From NCBI GenBank assembly GCA_016839365.1, contig JAEOUH010000039.1, positions 4,136 through 28,135 of the forward strand: DNA of 24,000 nt. Direction: 5' to 3'. The translations under genes and the position numbers were made by a program. The notes under the pieces are model-generated. The model was not told the DNA's origin and searched no databases. It saw only the letters and a list, made by a program, of their open reading frames with translations. This stretch comes from Candidatus Hermodarchaeota archaeon. Lineage in GTDB: Archaea; Asgardarchaeota; Hermodarchaeia; Hermodarchaeales; Hermodarchaeaceae. Of this stretch, positions 7,606 through 15,817 are shown in pieces; within the stretch, counting starts at the first letter, position 1; each line of letters begins with the position of its first letter.

Positions 7606-7995
7606 GTGGACCGCATGACTGATAATTCCGAGTTTGTTCATGCTCTGGACAAGTATTCGAAACATCAGACGAAAGCTATGCGACGGTTAGTGTCTCGGAC
7701 GACCAAAGACAATCTTTGGCTGTATGTCCTGACTCTATTGGAAGAGAGGGATTACTTCGGATACGAAGTGCAAGGAAGTGTTAAAGAGCGATTTGGAGTG
7801 GACATGGCTTCAGTGACAGCCTATGTGCTCTTACATAAACTCCAACGTGATGGAATAGTAGAACTCAGTGAAGAACGAAAAGAAGGTCGTCGACCACCTC
7901 GAAAATATTATCGGATTACCGACTTGGGCCGAGAAACCCTCAAGCAGGCTAGGCTGTTTCTCGATTTGTTGGCTCAGACTCTGACTCCATCTTAG
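7606..7995 (+). CDS. PadR-family winged-helix transcriptional regulator
   Basis: LWLYVLTLLEERDYFGYEV...VTAYVLLHKLQRDGIVEL......RKYYRITDLGRETL is the typical PadR wHTH signature. The start is either GTG 7606 or ATG 7615. Confidence 0.8.
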   Translation: MDRMTDNSEFVHALDKYSKHQTKAMRRLVSRTTKDNLWLYVLTLLEERDYFGYEVQGSVKERFGVDMASVTAYVLLHKLQRDGIVELSEERKEGRRPPRKYYRITDLGRETLKQARLFLDLLAQTLTPS

Positions 7996-8626
7996 AAAGT
8001 GCACGGTAGGCATATATCGTGCGTTGAATCACTGTGACATGGGCAAGGATGGCAACAAGCACAACGCCATAAGCTATCCAGTTGTCGAGACCGAAGAAAA
8101 GCGGTGGAATAAAGAGGACGCCAATTACGGTAAGATACTGTAAGAGGGTCACGACCATTAGAATGATTAGGCGTTCAGGGCGTTCTGCAATTCCTATACC
8201 TAACTGGGTAATCCCTGCGGCTTCCGCGCGGGCTCGAACATAGCTGACAAGCAGGCTCCCCACAATGGCAATGATACCCCAAAGGGTGGAGACCCAGCCA
8301 CCAAGGATTATTCCAAAGAGAACGATGGCATCGCTATAGCGATCGCAGATGCTGTCTAGCACTCCGCCAAAAGCTGAGATCTTCCCCATCTCTCGAGCCA
8401 CGGCACCATCAAGGGCATCCACAAAGCCTGAAAGCAATAAAAGTAGAAGCGCTAGCGCCAGTTGCTGTTGAATATACATCAATGCGGCAAAGGTGGCAAC
8501 GACTGGCCCTAAGAGAGTGAGCGCATTGGGTGGGACGCGTGACCTGGCGATGACACGTGCAACTGGTGAAAAAGCACGTTTGAATTGTTCTTTGATACGT
8601 CCGACGACCACTGTGACCACTCTCAA
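7949..8626 (-). CDS. CDP-alcohol phosphatidyltransferase (archaeal polar-lipid head-group transferase; AIP/AGP/AS-synthase class not resolved)
   Basis: It has a perfect D-x2-D-G-x2-A-R-x8-G-x3-D-x3-D motif (DALDGAVAREMGKISAFGGVLDSICD) and is a multi-pass hydrophobic protein. Confidence 0.85.
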   Translation of the reverse strand: MRVVTVVVGRIKEQFKRAFSPVARVIARSRVPPNALTLLGPVVATFAALMYIQQQLALALLLLLLSGFVDALDGAVAREMGKISAFGGVLDSICDRYSDAIVLFGIILGGWVSTLWGIIAIVGSLLVSYVRARAEAAGITQLGIGIAERPERLIILMVVTLLQYLTVIGVLFIPPLFFGLDNWIAYGVVLVAILAHVTVIQRTIYAYRALSKMESESEPTNRETA

Positions 8627-8701
8627 GTTTGATTACATTCCTGTGGAGCTGTGCCTATTAAGTTTCTTCGCATCGTTGGATAACTCGAAAGACTGAAAAG
8701 C

Positions 8702-9379
8702 GTGTTTTCCGCAGATAAGGTATTAGAAGTATTGGATCTCCATTTTTTTCTGGGAGCCCGTGACATCGTTATGCAAGAGGAACTTCAAGAAGTCGAATAT
8801 CAACCCATCCCAGTTCGTGACTTACTTGTGGAAATGAAAGACCTCAGTGAGTTAATGATTGACCTGGCTTACTCGGCAGTTATGTTCAATGACCGGGATT
8901 TAGCTGAAGAAGTCATGGATATGGAAGAACGCGTCGATTACCTCAGCTATTTACTACTCATGAATGCATCTTTGGCTGTTCGTGATAAAAGAGACGCTGA
9001 ACAAATCGTCAGTATAATGAAAACAGCTTCATCTGCGAATAAAATCAGTGATGCCGCCGCAGACATCGCGGGACTTGTCCTGCATGATATTGGCATACCC
9101 GGGATACTATGGCTCGCCATGAGTCAAGCTGAAGAAATTGTTGGACGAGCAACTATTCTGAAAAAATCGATGCTCGTGGAGAAGAGTCTAGCTGATATCA
9201 ATCTCGAAGAGGAAATTGGTGCAGATATCATCGCGATTCAACGAAAAAGAAAATGGACCATCAACCCACCTGAGATCTTTGAATTACAAAAAGGTGATCG
9301 AGTCATCGCTCGGGGTTCAGCTGATAGTATAATGAAATTACAGAGGTTAGCCGCTGGTGAGCTTGAAAAGATTGCTTAA
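8702..9379 (+). CDS. PhoU-like helical domain + TrkA-C (RCK C-terminal) domain protein (COG3273-like), copy 1
   Basis: The N-terminal helical bundle is VRDLLVEMKDLSELMIDLAYSAV..ND.DLAEEV..ME..VD. The C-terminal module is IVGRATILKKSMLVEKSLADINLEEEIGADIIAIQR.....NP......L.KGDRVIARG, which is typical TrkA-C. The start is uncertain (GTG 8702 or ATG 8771). Confidence 0.65.
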   Translation: MFSADKVLEVLDLHFFLGARDIVMQEELQEVEYQPIPVRDLLVEMKDLSELMIDLAYSAVMFNDRDLAEEVMDMEERVDYLSYLLLMNASLAVRDKRDAEQIVSIMKTASSANKISDAAADIAGLVLHDIGIPGILWLAMSQAEEIVGRATILKKSMLVEKSLADINLEEEIGADIIAIQRKRKWTINPPEIFELQKGDRVIARGSADSIMKLQRLAAGELEKIA

Positions 9380-9974
9380 AACACCTACTGGAGAGCAAAC
9401 GACAGAAGAACGTATCCTGACAATGCTAATCCAATTGAAGGACACCTCTGAGCTTCTCATCAGCCTAGCTTATACTGCCTTGTTAACGAATAATAAAGAC
9501 ATAGCTGAAGACATCTTTGAATTAGAAGAAACCTTCGATGGCTTTCATACTGAATTTGAACTTGAAGTTTTACGTATGGAGCTCGAAGAAGGAGAAGAGA
9601 AACGCCGATTGGGTCTCATCAGGCTTGGCGTTGCTGCTGAAAACCTAGCAGATGCCGCCTCGCAAATGGCGGAAATTGTGCTTCGTGGCGTCGACGTCCA
9701 TCCTCTCATGCGTCTGGCATTGAAAGACGCTGAGGAAAGGGTTAGCCGTCAAGTTGTTGATGCTAACTCGATCCTTGCCCACAAAACCTTAGGACAGCTC
9801 CGATTGGAAGATCATGGTACTCGCATCTTTGCCGTGAAGCGCAAAGACCAGTGGACCTATGATCCACGAGGGCGATTCAAACTTCTTCCTGGCGACATCA
9901 TCTATGCTGGTGGGTATAAAGAAGCGGTCGAAAAACTTGAAGAAGTTGCTCAAGGGAAGGTCCAAGAACTGTAA
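9357..9974 (+). CDS. PhoU-like helical domain + TrkA-C domain protein (COG3273-like), copy 2
   Basis: It has the same two-domain layout as the upstream gene (ILTMLIQLKDTSELLISLAYTAL..NN.DIAEDI; ...LGQLRLEDHGTRIFAVKR......DP......L.PGDIIYAGG). The GTG start overlaps the previous gene by 23 nt. Confidence 0.65.
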   Translation: MSLKRLLKTPTGEQTTEERILTMLIQLKDTSELLISLAYTALLTNNKDIAEDIFELEETFDGFHTEFELEVLRMELEEGEEKRRLGLIRLGVAAENLADAASQMAEIVLRGVDVHPLMRLALKDAEERVSRQVVDANSILAHKTLGQLRLEDHGTRIFAVKRKDQWTYDPRGRFKLLPGDIIYAGGYKEAVEKLEEVAQGKVQEL

Positions 9975-9978
9975 CTGC

Positions 9979-9989
9979 TCTTTATTTTT
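9979..9989 (+). terminator. Oligo-T tract, possible archaeal intrinsic terminator after the PhoU/TrkA-C pair
   Basis: tctttattttt begins 5 nt after the stop codon at 9972-9974. Archaeal RNAP terminates at T-runs. Confidence 0.3.
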
Positions 9990-10066
9990 CAAAGAACTTG
10001 ATGTGCTAAGCCAAAATGTACATATAGCGGACAAACTGTGATGCCTGAGTTGAGGCGAATTAAGTA

Positions 10067-10990
10067 ATGGTAGAGAAGCGTGATCTCATAATTGTTGGGT
10101 GCGGACCTGCCGGTATGACCGCAGGCTTATACGCAGCACGAATGGGCTTGAATGCAGTAATTTTAGAAACAGGAATTTGTGGTGGCCGAATGATGAATGC
10201 CTGGGAAATTGAAAATTACCCTGGCTTTGAGAAAATCAGTGGAGGCGATTTGACCATGAAAATGAAAGCCCAAGCTGAAAACGCAGGAGTAGAAATCCGT
10301 GAGATGACTGCGGCAGAGGAGTTCCGATTTTCGAAACCAACGAAAGTGGTGGTCACTGCAGATGGAGATGAATTTCACGCCCCAGCTGTGGTTTTGGCGA
10401 TGGGAGCCTGTGATGCGGAACTAGGGGTACCAGGTGAGACCGAATATCACGGACGCGGCATCAGTTATTGTGCCACCTGTGATGGCCCTCTGTATCGTGG
10501 AAAACGCGTGGTTGTCGTCGGCGGAGGGAATACTGCTGCAATGGATGCCCTCTTTTTAGCTAATATCGTTGAAAAAGTGTATGTAGTGCACCGCCGAAAT
10601 CAACTACGAGCAGAAAAAACCTATGCAGATCGGCTAAAGGCTATGTCTAATGTTGAAATCCTATGGGACACCATTCTGTTAGAAGTTTTAGGTGAAGAAG
10701 CGGTCACAGGTGTGAGATTGCGCAACAATAAAATTGACAAGGAATGGACCTTGGAATCCGATGGTGTGTTTATTGCCGTCGGTTGCACGCCTAACAGCTC
10801 GTTTTGTGAATCAGTAGGAGTGAATCTTGACGATGAAGGAAACATCATAGTTGATGCAAATCAGCAAACGAACATTAAGGGTGTCTATGCCGTAGGAGAT
10901 ATAACTGGTGAACCCCGACAGATTGTAAAAGCTTGTGGCGATGCAGTAAAAGCTGTTACCCATTGGCTTATGGTCAGACCCATCGAATAA
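10067..10990 (+). CDS. trxB: Thioredoxin-disulfide reductase
   Basis: The FAD motif is IIVGCGPAGMTAGLYAAR and the redox-active site is CATCDG. The second dinucleotide fold is VVVVGGGNTAAMDA...HRRNQLRA, followed by GVYAVGDITG. Confidence 0.9.
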   Translation: MVEKRDLIIVGCGPAGMTAGLYAARMGLNAVILETGICGGRMMNAWEIENYPGFEKISGGDLTMKMKAQAENAGVEIREMTAAEEFRFSKPTKVVVTADGDEFHAPAVVLAMGACDAELGVPGETEYHGRGISYCATCDGPLYRGKRVVVVGGGNTAAMDALFLANIVEKVYVVHRRNQLRAEKTYADRLKAMSNVEILWDTILLEVLGEEAVTGVRLRNNKIDKEWTLESDGVFIAVGCTPNSSFCESVGVNLDDEGNIIVDANQQTNIKGVYAVGDITGEPRQIVKACGDAVKAVTHWLMVRPIE

Positions 10991-11043
10991 TTGTCGCTGA
11001 CCACAAGGTTTTAAGGTATATTTTGCCGTGAACGTCGGTACAC

Positions 11044-12252
11044 GTGAATTTGGAGGACCATTGCTTGCGTAGGTTCACTAACACCTTGATTCTCGGGCTT
11101 ATTCTTATTGTATTGGCTAGCCCTTTGACTGCCTTGGCGGCGCCTTCTCGACAGGATGTTATCATTCCCTTCTCCGTGACTTGTTTAGATAGCTCTGGTG
11201 GTGCAGTCTTGCGACCAGGTGAGTCACTTCCCCAAATATCTCATACCTTTGCCATAGCCAACGTCTTTGACACCCTTGATGCCTGGATTGCGGCGGACCT
11301 CCTCACCCCAGATCGGGGTTTAATTGAAAACATGACAACTTGGGTCACTGGACTTTTCGTCGATGAAATCGCTTCGGATCCAAGCTATGGGGGATTCCGA
11401 CCCTATAATGGATTTCCGAACGCAACGCTCTCAGCAAGTGCCTTTGCAGCCCAAACCCTCGATCTCCTCAATCAAACAGATAGTATTGATTCCTCTATTC
11501 TCATTGATTTCACTATAAACCTACAGCACACCAATGCCACTTTGTATCCTGACACGATTGGTGGGTTCATGGATTGGGCTAACACCTCTGCTACAGTGTC
11601 TGCAACCTATTCTGCAATCCAAATCCTTAACGTGTACGACGCGATTTCACAAATGAACACCTCTTTAGCAATTGACTGGTTGAATTCCAGCCAACTCTTA
11701 ACAGATTCACTCTCTCCCAGCTATGGAGGGTTTGCTAACGGGCGAAACTCTACAACAGCAGACTTGCAGACAACTTATATGGCCTTGCGTAGCCTCGAAA
11801 TACTCGGAGCCCTATCAATAATCGATGAAGAAGCCGCGATTGATTACATTCTTCCCCATTATCGCGACGATGCAAATTATCCTCAACACCAAGGAGGCTT
11901 CAGTTATACGCCAGACAACCCCGTCGCTACCCATCTGGCAACTTTTTATGCAGTAGCTAGTTTACAAATCCTTGGCGCAGAGAGCCAGCTAGTTACAGAG
12001 GATATCACCGCATGGATACTCAGCAAACAGACTCTTGACGGCGGCTTTAATGATATCAGCGGAATCAATGGAACTGCCCCACAAACAAATTTCGCAGTTT
12101 CCACTCTAGCCTTACTTGACCAACTTGCCCTGCTTCATTTACCAGTGGGACCTGATCTCTTCGTCTTTCCATGGTGGATTGTCGCTGTTGTCGTAATTAT
12201 CGTTTTGATCGTATTGTGCATTATTATCGCTCGACGGGCTGAAATATTCTAG
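11044..12252 (+). CDS. Secreted, C-terminally membrane-anchored protein with prenyltransferase-beta/terpenoid-cyclase-type (alpha-alpha toroid) repeats
   Basis: The N-terminal signal peptide is RRFTNTLILGLILIVLASPLTALA|AP. There are five spaced GGF repeats (SYGGFRPY, TIGGFMDW, SYGGFANG, HQGGFSYT, LDGGFND), each followed by the T/Y..A...L..L pattern of PFTB-type repeats. I count nine N-x-S/T sequons. The C-terminal TM anchor is WWIVAVVVIIVLIVLCIIIARR. Confidence 0.6.
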   Translation: MNLEDHCLRRFTNTLILGLILIVLASPLTALAAPSRQDVIIPFSVTCLDSSGGAVLRPGESLPQISHTFAIANVFDTLDAWIAADLLTPDRGLIENMTTWVTGLFVDEIASDPSYGGFRPYNGFPNATLSASAFAAQTLDLLNQTDSIDSSILIDFTINLQHTNATLYPDTIGGFMDWANTSATVSATYSAIQILNVYDAISQMNTSLAIDWLNSSQLLTDSLSPSYGGFANGRNSTTADLQTTYMALRSLEILGALSIIDEEAAIDYILPHYRDDANYPQHQGGFSYTPDNPVATHLATFYAVASLQILGAESQLVTEDITAWILSKQTLDGGFNDISGINGTAPQTNFAVSTLALLDQLALLHLPVGPDLFVFPWWIVAVVVIIVLIVLCIIIARRAEIF

Positions 12253-12349
12253 AGCCCGAGTGACTTGAAGAAAAAACCAGCTAATGGGTTGAGAGTGGAG
12301 GGAAGGTTTTTTAATCGCAAAATAGTGAGTGCTCTCCGAGGAGAAGAAA

Positions 12350-13729
12350 TTGAGTGCTTGGTCTATACTTACTGCTGTGCGTGAAAATCCCGAAATACTT
12401 CGAAGGTCTCAACGGCGTAGAGGGCTGGATCCTACCGTTGTTGATGAAGCCATCCAACTAGATGAAGCTTGGAGAAAAACGCGATCTGACCTTGCAGAGT
12501 TCCAACGCCAGCGAAATGAAGTGGCAAAAGAAATTGGGAAAACTAAAGACAAAACTAAACGAGAAGCCCTTATCAAAAAATCTAAACAACTCTCAAAGAA
12601 AGTCGAGGCAGGAGAGAAACAACTTGCTGATCTTGAGAAACAGCGGATGGACATGCTCTGGGGCATTGCCAACATTGTACATGATTCTGTTCCGGATGGC
12701 ATGGATGAAACCGCAGCGAAACCTATGAAATATGTTGGTAAGCCACGGGTTTGGACCAATCATGTAGACCAATTCCTTGCAGCGGCCCAGGGCTTAAAGA
12801 CTGAATACCAAGTTCTTGAAGATGTACCAAAAAGCCACTATGTTATCTCAGAGGAAATTGGTTTAATCGATACGACTCGTGCAGCCAAGGTTGCGGGATC
12901 TCGGTTCTACTATCTCATTGATGATATCGTCTGGCTCGATCTTGGATTGGCACTCTACGCTCTTGATAACATTACAAAACAGGGATTTACTCCCCTCATT
13001 CCCCCACATTTACTCAACCATGCAGCTTACAGCGGAGTCACAGATATCACTGCCTTTGAGGACTCATTATACAAGCTCGAAGATCAGGACCTCTATCTCA
13101 TTGCTACCTCCGAACACCCGATTGCCGCCCAGTATATGAACGAAGTTCTCGAAATCGACGAACTCCCCCTCAAATTCGCCGGCTATAGCCCATGCTACCG
13201 GAAAGAAGCTGGAGCTCACGGGAAGGACACGAAAGGAATATTCCGCGTCCACCAGTTCTCCAAGGTCGAAATGTTCGTGTTTTGTCTCCCTGACGATTCC
13301 TGGGATTGGATTGAAAAGATGATTGCCATCGAAGAGGAAATCTGGACACCGCTAGGCATACCCTTTCGTATCGTGATTTTACCTAGTGGAGACTTCAGCC
13401 GGGTAGCCTCGAAAACCTATGATTTGGAACTCTGGATGCCTTCTCAAGGGCGATATCGAGAATTTGTATCCTGCAGCAACTGTACTGATTACCAAGCATA
13501 TCGTCTCAACACCCGCTTCGCTGAAGCGCGTGGACACCCAACAAAGGGGTTCGTACACACCTTGAACTCAACTGTGATTGCGACCACCCGATCCATAACC
13601 GCTGTGTTGGAGAACAACCTCCAACCAGACGGACGCATTCTGATCCCGAAACCCCTTCAAGCCTATCTTAAGCCCATTGAAGCCGCTCCAGACAAATACA
13701 TCACACCAGCCCATATGAAAAGCAAATAA
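12350..13729 (+). CDS. serS: Seryl-tRNA synthetase
   Basis: The N-terminal coiled-coil arm is followed by class II motifs (GSRFYYL; YSPCYRKEAGAHGKDTKGIFRVHQFSKVE; CSNCTDYQAYRLNTRF; TLNSTVIA). The TTG at 12350 is preferred because GAGGAG sits at 12338-12343 with a 6-nt spacer and the N-terminus then aligns with the usual M......REN.PE. The ORF-track alternative is GTG 12329. Confidence 0.9.
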   Translation: MSAWSILTAVRENPEILRRSQRRRGLDPTVVDEAIQLDEAWRKTRSDLAEFQRQRNEVAKEIGKTKDKTKREALIKKSKQLSKKVEAGEKQLADLEKQRMDMLWGIANIVHDSVPDGMDETAAKPMKYVGKPRVWTNHVDQFLAAAQGLKTEYQVLEDVPKSHYVISEEIGLIDTTRAAKVAGSRFYYLIDDIVWLDLGLALYALDNITKQGFTPLIPPHLLNHAAYSGVTDITAFEDSLYKLEDQDLYLIATSEHPIAAQYMNEVLEIDELPLKFAGYSPCYRKEAGAHGKDTKGIFRVHQFSKVEMFVFCLPDDSWDWIEKMIAIEEEIWTPLGIPFRIVILPSGDFSRVASKTYDLELWMPSQGRYREFVSCSNCTDYQAYRLNTRFAEARGHPTKGFVHTLNSTVIATTRSITAVLENNLQPDGRILIPKPLQAYLKPIEAAPDKYITPAHMKSK

Positions 13730-13895
13730 GCCAGCTAGTGGCATGATGTTTACCTTAAATTGGCATATCCGTTAGGATTAATGACCACTAAATATTAGAG
13801 GTAAACTCTGCATTCCCAGAAAACAATTATTAACACATAGAAGTATGTAGTTCTGTCCGTTGGGGTTGGTGACCTGCGTGCCTAGAGAATTAGTG

Positions 13896-14723
13896 ATGCT
13901 CCGCATTGTTGACACCGGTGAAACAGTTCAAATCACCGATGCAGCTCCAGCGAAGACCCACTTGAAAGACGATGAAGTCCTCATTGTCATCGACGATGAG
14001 GAACGGCTAATTTGGATATGGAAAGGTAATGATGCCCCTGTCCGAAGAAAGTTCATTGCAGCCCGTCGTGCATCTGGCATCCGAGACCAGCGAGGTCTTG
14101 TTTATAAGATTCTATCTGAGGACCAAGGTCAAGAGGGAGCGAAATTCCTGGAGTGTATGGGATTACCACTCTCAACCAAGCCTGATGAGGCCATGAAAGC
14201 ACCACCTTCCGCCCCACCCATGCCGAGGCAAGCCACGGAGCCGGTAGCTGAACCACCAAAACCAACTCCAATCCAAGGAACGAAACCTGCGGACTATCGA
14301 GAAGCTGTGGTGACAGCGACTAGAACACCAGACCGTCAGACAGTACAGGTTCCGCATGTGCCATCTGAAATTATTGAACAGGTTGAAAAACTTGAACCAG
14401 TTCCAGGTTTTCGCCGAGAATTCGTGTTGATTGGGTTCGATGCCTTTGGCATCACCGAAGAAATTACCAGTGTCTTAGGTAAAACAACGAAAACACGAAA
14501 ATTACAGCGTATTGATTCGTTACCTGAAGGTACTGTCTTCGCCCAAGGATATACCCCACGGGTAGTGATTAAGGATGGACAAGTCTTGGCTATCGAATTC
14601 CTCAAACATCTAGAGGAAGAAGAATACGTGCACGAAAAAGAAGCTGTTAAGGAAGAGATGGCACGACAGATTACTGAACTAATTGAAGCATCTCGAAGTG
14701 AAAAGAGCCGTCAAAAATCATAG
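13896..14723 (+). CDS. Gelsolin/villin-repeat domain protein with a Pro-rich linker and an unknown C-terminal domain ('1DGelX'-like architecture)
   Basis: The N-terminal ~90 aa follow the gelsolin-repeat pattern: L.DDEVLIVIDDEERLIWIWKGNDAPVRRKFIAARRASGIRDQRG...ILSEDQGQEGAKFLECMGL (compare sDvFiLD.g..iyvWvGk.as..Ek.kA...A..i........v.eg.E...F...lG). A Pro-rich segment follows (APPSAPPMPRQATEPVAEPPKPTP), then an unassigned ~90-aa domain and a charged helix. The start is uncertain (ATG 13896 or TTG 13860). Confidence 0.6.
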   Translation: MLRIVDTGETVQITDAAPAKTHLKDDEVLIVIDDEERLIWIWKGNDAPVRRKFIAARRASGIRDQRGLVYKILSEDQGQEGAKFLECMGLPLSTKPDEAMKAPPSAPPMPRQATEPVAEPPKPTPIQGTKPADYREAVVTATRTPDRQTVQVPHVPSEIIEQVEKLEPVPGFRREFVLIGFDAFGITEEITSVLGKTTKTRKLQRIDSLPEGTVFAQGYTPRVVIKDGQVLAIEFLKHLEEEEYVHEKEAVKEEMARQITELIEASRSEKSRQKS

Positions 14724-14740
14724 GATTACGAGGGGATAAA

Positions 14741-15136
14741 ATGCAACAGTTTGCGATGAGCGAAGAAGAAGCCAAACAACTAGCAATGTATCTGCGCGAA
14801 ATCACGTTGTATACAGAACTTGAAACACTGGCAGTGGTCACAAAAGCGGGTCGACGGGTAGCATTCAGCTCAACGAAGGGTGTTAACATTGATCCAGATT
14901 TATTATCAGCGATTTCTGCGGTCTTGCTACAGACAGGTATCGAAGCGGTGGAGAAACTAGCTTTCGAACCATTGTTTGAACTCATCGTTCGCGGGGAAAA
15001 GGGTATTATTGTGGTCACAGACGCTGGACCTTTAGTGCTCATTGGGGCAGGAGTCAAGATTGAATCATTGGGACATGTCGTATCTGTGTTCCGACACTTT
15101 GGGCGCGAAATCGCCTCGTTATTTTCCAAAAAGTGA
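14741..15136 (+). CDS. Roadblock/LC7 (MglB-like) domain protein
   Basis: The 131-aa protein shows the Roadblock pattern: ...LETLAVVTKAGRRVAFSS.....DPDLLSAISAVLLQTGIEAVEKL.....ELIVRGEKGIIVVTDAGP.LVLIG. It begins 17 nt downstream of the gelsolin-domain gene on the same strand. Confidence 0.7.
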   Translation: MQQFAMSEEEAKQLAMYLREITLYTELETLAVVTKAGRRVAFSSTKGVNIDPDLLSAISAVLLQTGIEAVEKLAFEPLFELIVRGEKGIIVVTDAGPLVLIGAGVKIESLGHVVSVFRHFGREIASLFSKK

Positions 15137-15139
15137 GCC

Positions 15140-15145
15140 TTTTTT
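15140..15145 (+). terminator. Oligo-T tract, possible terminator after the gelsolin-Roadblock pair
   Basis: A T6 run starts 4 nt after the Roadblock stop codon (15134-15136). Confidence 0.25.
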
Positions 15146-15170
15146 CAAGGACCAGCACTAAGTGTGAGAG

Positions 15171-15758
15171 ATGACACTATTCCAATTTCTCACCATTTGT
15201 GATAGCCTTAAGTGGATTCCCCGAACCGGTTGGCTGCTTCGAGGTGTCCCACTCTCGAGTGCAGAAAATGTTGCTGCGCATTCACACACCACAGCTTTGC
15301 TTGCCTATCTTTTCGCGCTCCAATCAGAAGAGCAAGTGGATATTCAACGGCTTCTTGTCATGGCATTAATTCACGATCTCCCTGAAGCAGAAATCGGTGA
15401 TATTCCGATGAGTGCTCAACGGGCAGATTCAGACTTTCGAAAAGCCAAGGAGAAGGCAGAGGATAACGCAATGCGAAACATCCTTGCCCATCTTCCACCC
15501 AAACTTCAAGCACTTCTACTAGATACGTGGAAAGATTATCAGAAGGGTGCTTCCCTTGAAGCGCGGCTTGTCGAAACCGCGGACCGTTTGGCTACCGCCC
15601 TACATGCAGCGCAGTTAGTTAAAACAGGTTTTCCAGCTAAAACCTTTCAACCATTTTTAGATCACGCTCAATTGACTGTGACAAAACTCCAAGTACCCCA
15701 GGCAATGGATTTCATCAAAGAGTTACAGCAGATATTTACCCCCAATTCCAAGAAATGA
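15171..15758 (+). CDS. HD-domain phosphohydrolase (YfbR/HDDC2-like 5'-nucleotidase family)
   Basis: RTGW..RGV...ENVAAHSH....LAY......ALIHDLPEAEIGDIP......K...E is the typical H...HD...D signature of the YfbR-like HD subfamily. Confidence 0.75.
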   Translation: MTLFQFLTICDSLKWIPRTGWLLRGVPLSSAENVAAHSHTTALLAYLFALQSEEQVDIQRLLVMALIHDLPEAEIGDIPMSAQRADSDFRKAKEKAEDNAMRNILAHLPPKLQALLLDTWKDYQKGASLEARLVETADRLATALHAAQLVKTGFPAKTFQPFLDHAQLTVTKLQVPQAMDFIKELQQIFTPNSKK

Positions 15759-15817
15759 ACGGAAGCTTGAGAAAGAAACGTTTAAGACACGCATCAACCG
15801 AGAACCCGCAGGAGTAG

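Noticed and set aside
12409-12759. 116-aa minus-strand and 88-aa plus-strand ORFs inside serS
   Set aside because: They overlap the SerRS coiled-coil arm region. The Lys/Glu-rich coding bias there generates open alternative frames, and nothing independent supports them.
13730-13859. 130-bp gap before the gelsolin-domain gene as a possible ncRNA or riboswitch
   Set aside because: The gap is AT-rich with no convincing stem-loops and only TATA-like stretches (aaatattag, aattattaa). It is more simply the promoter and 5' leader of the downstream gene.
14671-15129. 152-aa ORF on the minus strand
   Set aside because: It is entirely antisense to the Roadblock/LC7 gene. It has Ser/Thr/Cys-rich, low-complexity-like composition and no recognisable motif, so it is a shadow ORF.
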